Source: a virus
Taxonomy: Duplodnaviria; Caudoviricetes
IMG/VR virus record: IMGVR_UViG_3300032234_000278
Span: 1 to 26,179 of that record
Strand: one strand, 5' to 3'
Length of the DNA: 26,179 nucleotides
Shown: positions 25,103 to 26,179 of the stretch, piece by piece
Numbering within the stretch: the stretch's first letter is position 1
Layout of the letters: the number at the start of each line of letters is the position of its first letter
Notes under the pieces: generated by a model
Databases searched by the model: none
Told to the model about the DNA's origin: nothing
The model's input: only the letters and a program-made list of their open reading frames with translations
Made by a program: the position numbers and the translations under genes

Positions 25103-26162
25103 ACAAGAATTGCTAGATGCAACTGATCGGGTGCTCGCATCCGGTCAGGTTCTTGATGGCCAATACGTTAATTATTTTGAAAGACAAATAGCAAGACGTT
25201 GCCATAGACAATACGCTATTGCAGTAAACTCCTGTACACAGGCTCTTGTATTTGCCCAGGGTGCTACTGGCATAGATGGCAAAGTTTTAATTCCCACTAC
25301 CAGTTTTGTGGCCACATTGAATAGTGTAATCATGGCCGGTAATACTCCTGTGTTCTGCGACATAGACGAGCAAGCACTAATGGATCTTGAAATGTTAAGT
25401 TTTGGTTTAACCGAAGCAGACATCAAAGGCATTATGTATGTAAACTTGTTTGGCAATATACTAGACTACGACAAGTTTAGAACAGTAGTAAACTTTTTTA
25501 ATCCCAACGGCGATATCAAAATTATTGAAGATGCCGCACAGAGCTTTGGTGCTAGTTATAACGGTATTCCTAGCGGCAAGCTAGGCGATGTAAGTGTGTT
25601 GAGCTTTGACCCTACCAAGAACTTACCTAACTATGGGTCAGGTGGAATGATACTCACAGACAATGAAGAAATCGCCAGTATCTGTTATAACCTACGCGAC
25701 AACGGCAAGATCAGTAACCACGTTACACCTGGAACCAACAGTAAAATGAGCGAAGTAGATTGTGCTCATATGCTAGTCAAGTTAAAGTATTTTGATGAGT
25801 GGCAAAGACGCAGAGCAGAGATTGCTGACTTTTACACAGAGCACCTGCTTAGTTATGTTGATCCTATACTGCCAAACGAAGGTGTAGATCATGCATGGCA
25901 CAAGTATGTTATTAGACTAAATGATCGTCATAACTTACAAACGTTCTTGACCAAACGTGGAATACAAACTAAAGTGCATTATGAAGTTCCGTTGTTTGAG
26001 CACGAACTTGCCTATGACTATTATAACTATGCTAGAGATGTATTTAGACTAGGTACCATGCACAGCAAAGAATCTCTGAGCTTGCCTATATACCCCGAAA
26101 TGACTGACGCTGAAGTTGAAACAGTAGCTGAAACTATTGTTGAATACTATGCAGGCGATTAA
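25047..26162 (+). CDS. DegT/DnrJ/EryC1/StrS sugar aminotransferase
   Basis: IEDAAQSFGA, SFDPTKNL (PLP Lys), GGMILT, G.NSKM and LSLPIYPEM. Confidence 0.9.
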   Translation: MNGSEIAFTGLQRQYQNLKQELLDATDRVLASGQVLDGQYVNYFERQIARRCHRQYAIAVNSCTQALVFAQGATGIDGKVLIPTTSFVATLNSVIMAGNTPVFCDIDEQALMDLEMLSFGLTEADIKGIMYVNLFGNILDYDKFRTVVNFFNPNGDIKIIEDAAQSFGASYNGIPSGKLGDVSVLSFDPTKNLPNYGSGGMILTDNEEIASICYNLRDNGKISNHVTPGTNSKMSEVDCAHMLVKLKYFDEWQRRRAEIADFYTEHLLSYVDPILPNEGVDHAWHKYVIRLNDRHNLQTFLTKRGIQTKVHYEVPLFEHELAYDYYNYARDVFRLGTMHSKESLSLPIYPEMTDAEVETVAETIVEYYAGD

Positions 26163-26179
26163 AATGGTTGCGTAACCAA

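Noticed and set aside
1335-25456. Minus-strand and alternative-frame ORFs from the track (e.g. 9417-9749, 17589-18008, 18915-19259, 20471-20803, 141-518, 2309-2692)
   Set aside because: They lie within or across well-supported + strand genes and show no recognisable motifs; they are shadow ORFs.
1-26179. Genome-wide TGA-to-Trp or TAG reassignment, prompted by the TGA at 10906 and '...FIFQ-TGA' at 18395
   Set aside because: Many genes end at TGA exactly at coupled overlaps (3353, 4217, 7874, 13167, 14172, 19712, 22760, 24125), Trp is encoded by TGG, and the standard code already gives near-complete coding density.
1-26179. tRNA, rRNA, CRISPR array, integrase/transposase, intron or intein
   Set aside because: Intergenic gaps are short and show no cloverleaf or repeat-spacer pattern, and thyA and the other core genes are of normal length without interruptions.

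Overview
Densely packed window with about 50 genes, all on the + strand and many coupled by ATGA/TGATG overlaps. It reads as part of a large tailed dsDNA phage genome with T4-like regulation: sigma70-type early promoters plus TAAATA late-promoter boxes. The left ~9 kb is a nucleotide/sugar-modification region: a partial glycosyltransferase, GalE-like epimerase, short DegT-like protein, folE, cupin, purine phosphoribosyltransferase, PP-loop protein, 2OG-Fe(II)-oxygenase-like protein, queD, fatty-acid hydroxylase, glycosyltransferase-like protein and queE. This is the start of a 7-deazaguanine pathway, with no recognisable queC or dpdA/tgt in the window. The middle holds a TauE/SafE transporter, two tandem SGNH-like paralogues (the first split by one in-frame TGA), a 5'-3' exonuclease and small conserved phage genes. 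An early module at 15.9-19.7 kb has four near-identical promoters driving small genes and a MoxR-type AAA+ ATPase / HExxH-vWA pair. The right end holds DHFR, thyA, a second NDP-sugar epimerase and a full-length DegT aminotransferase. The most notable non-coding signals are a riboswitch-like leader before queD, a related mini-structure before folE, and an RBS-sequestering hairpin with a late promoter in its loop at ~21.55 kb. All family calls come from motif recognition by eye; no searches were run.
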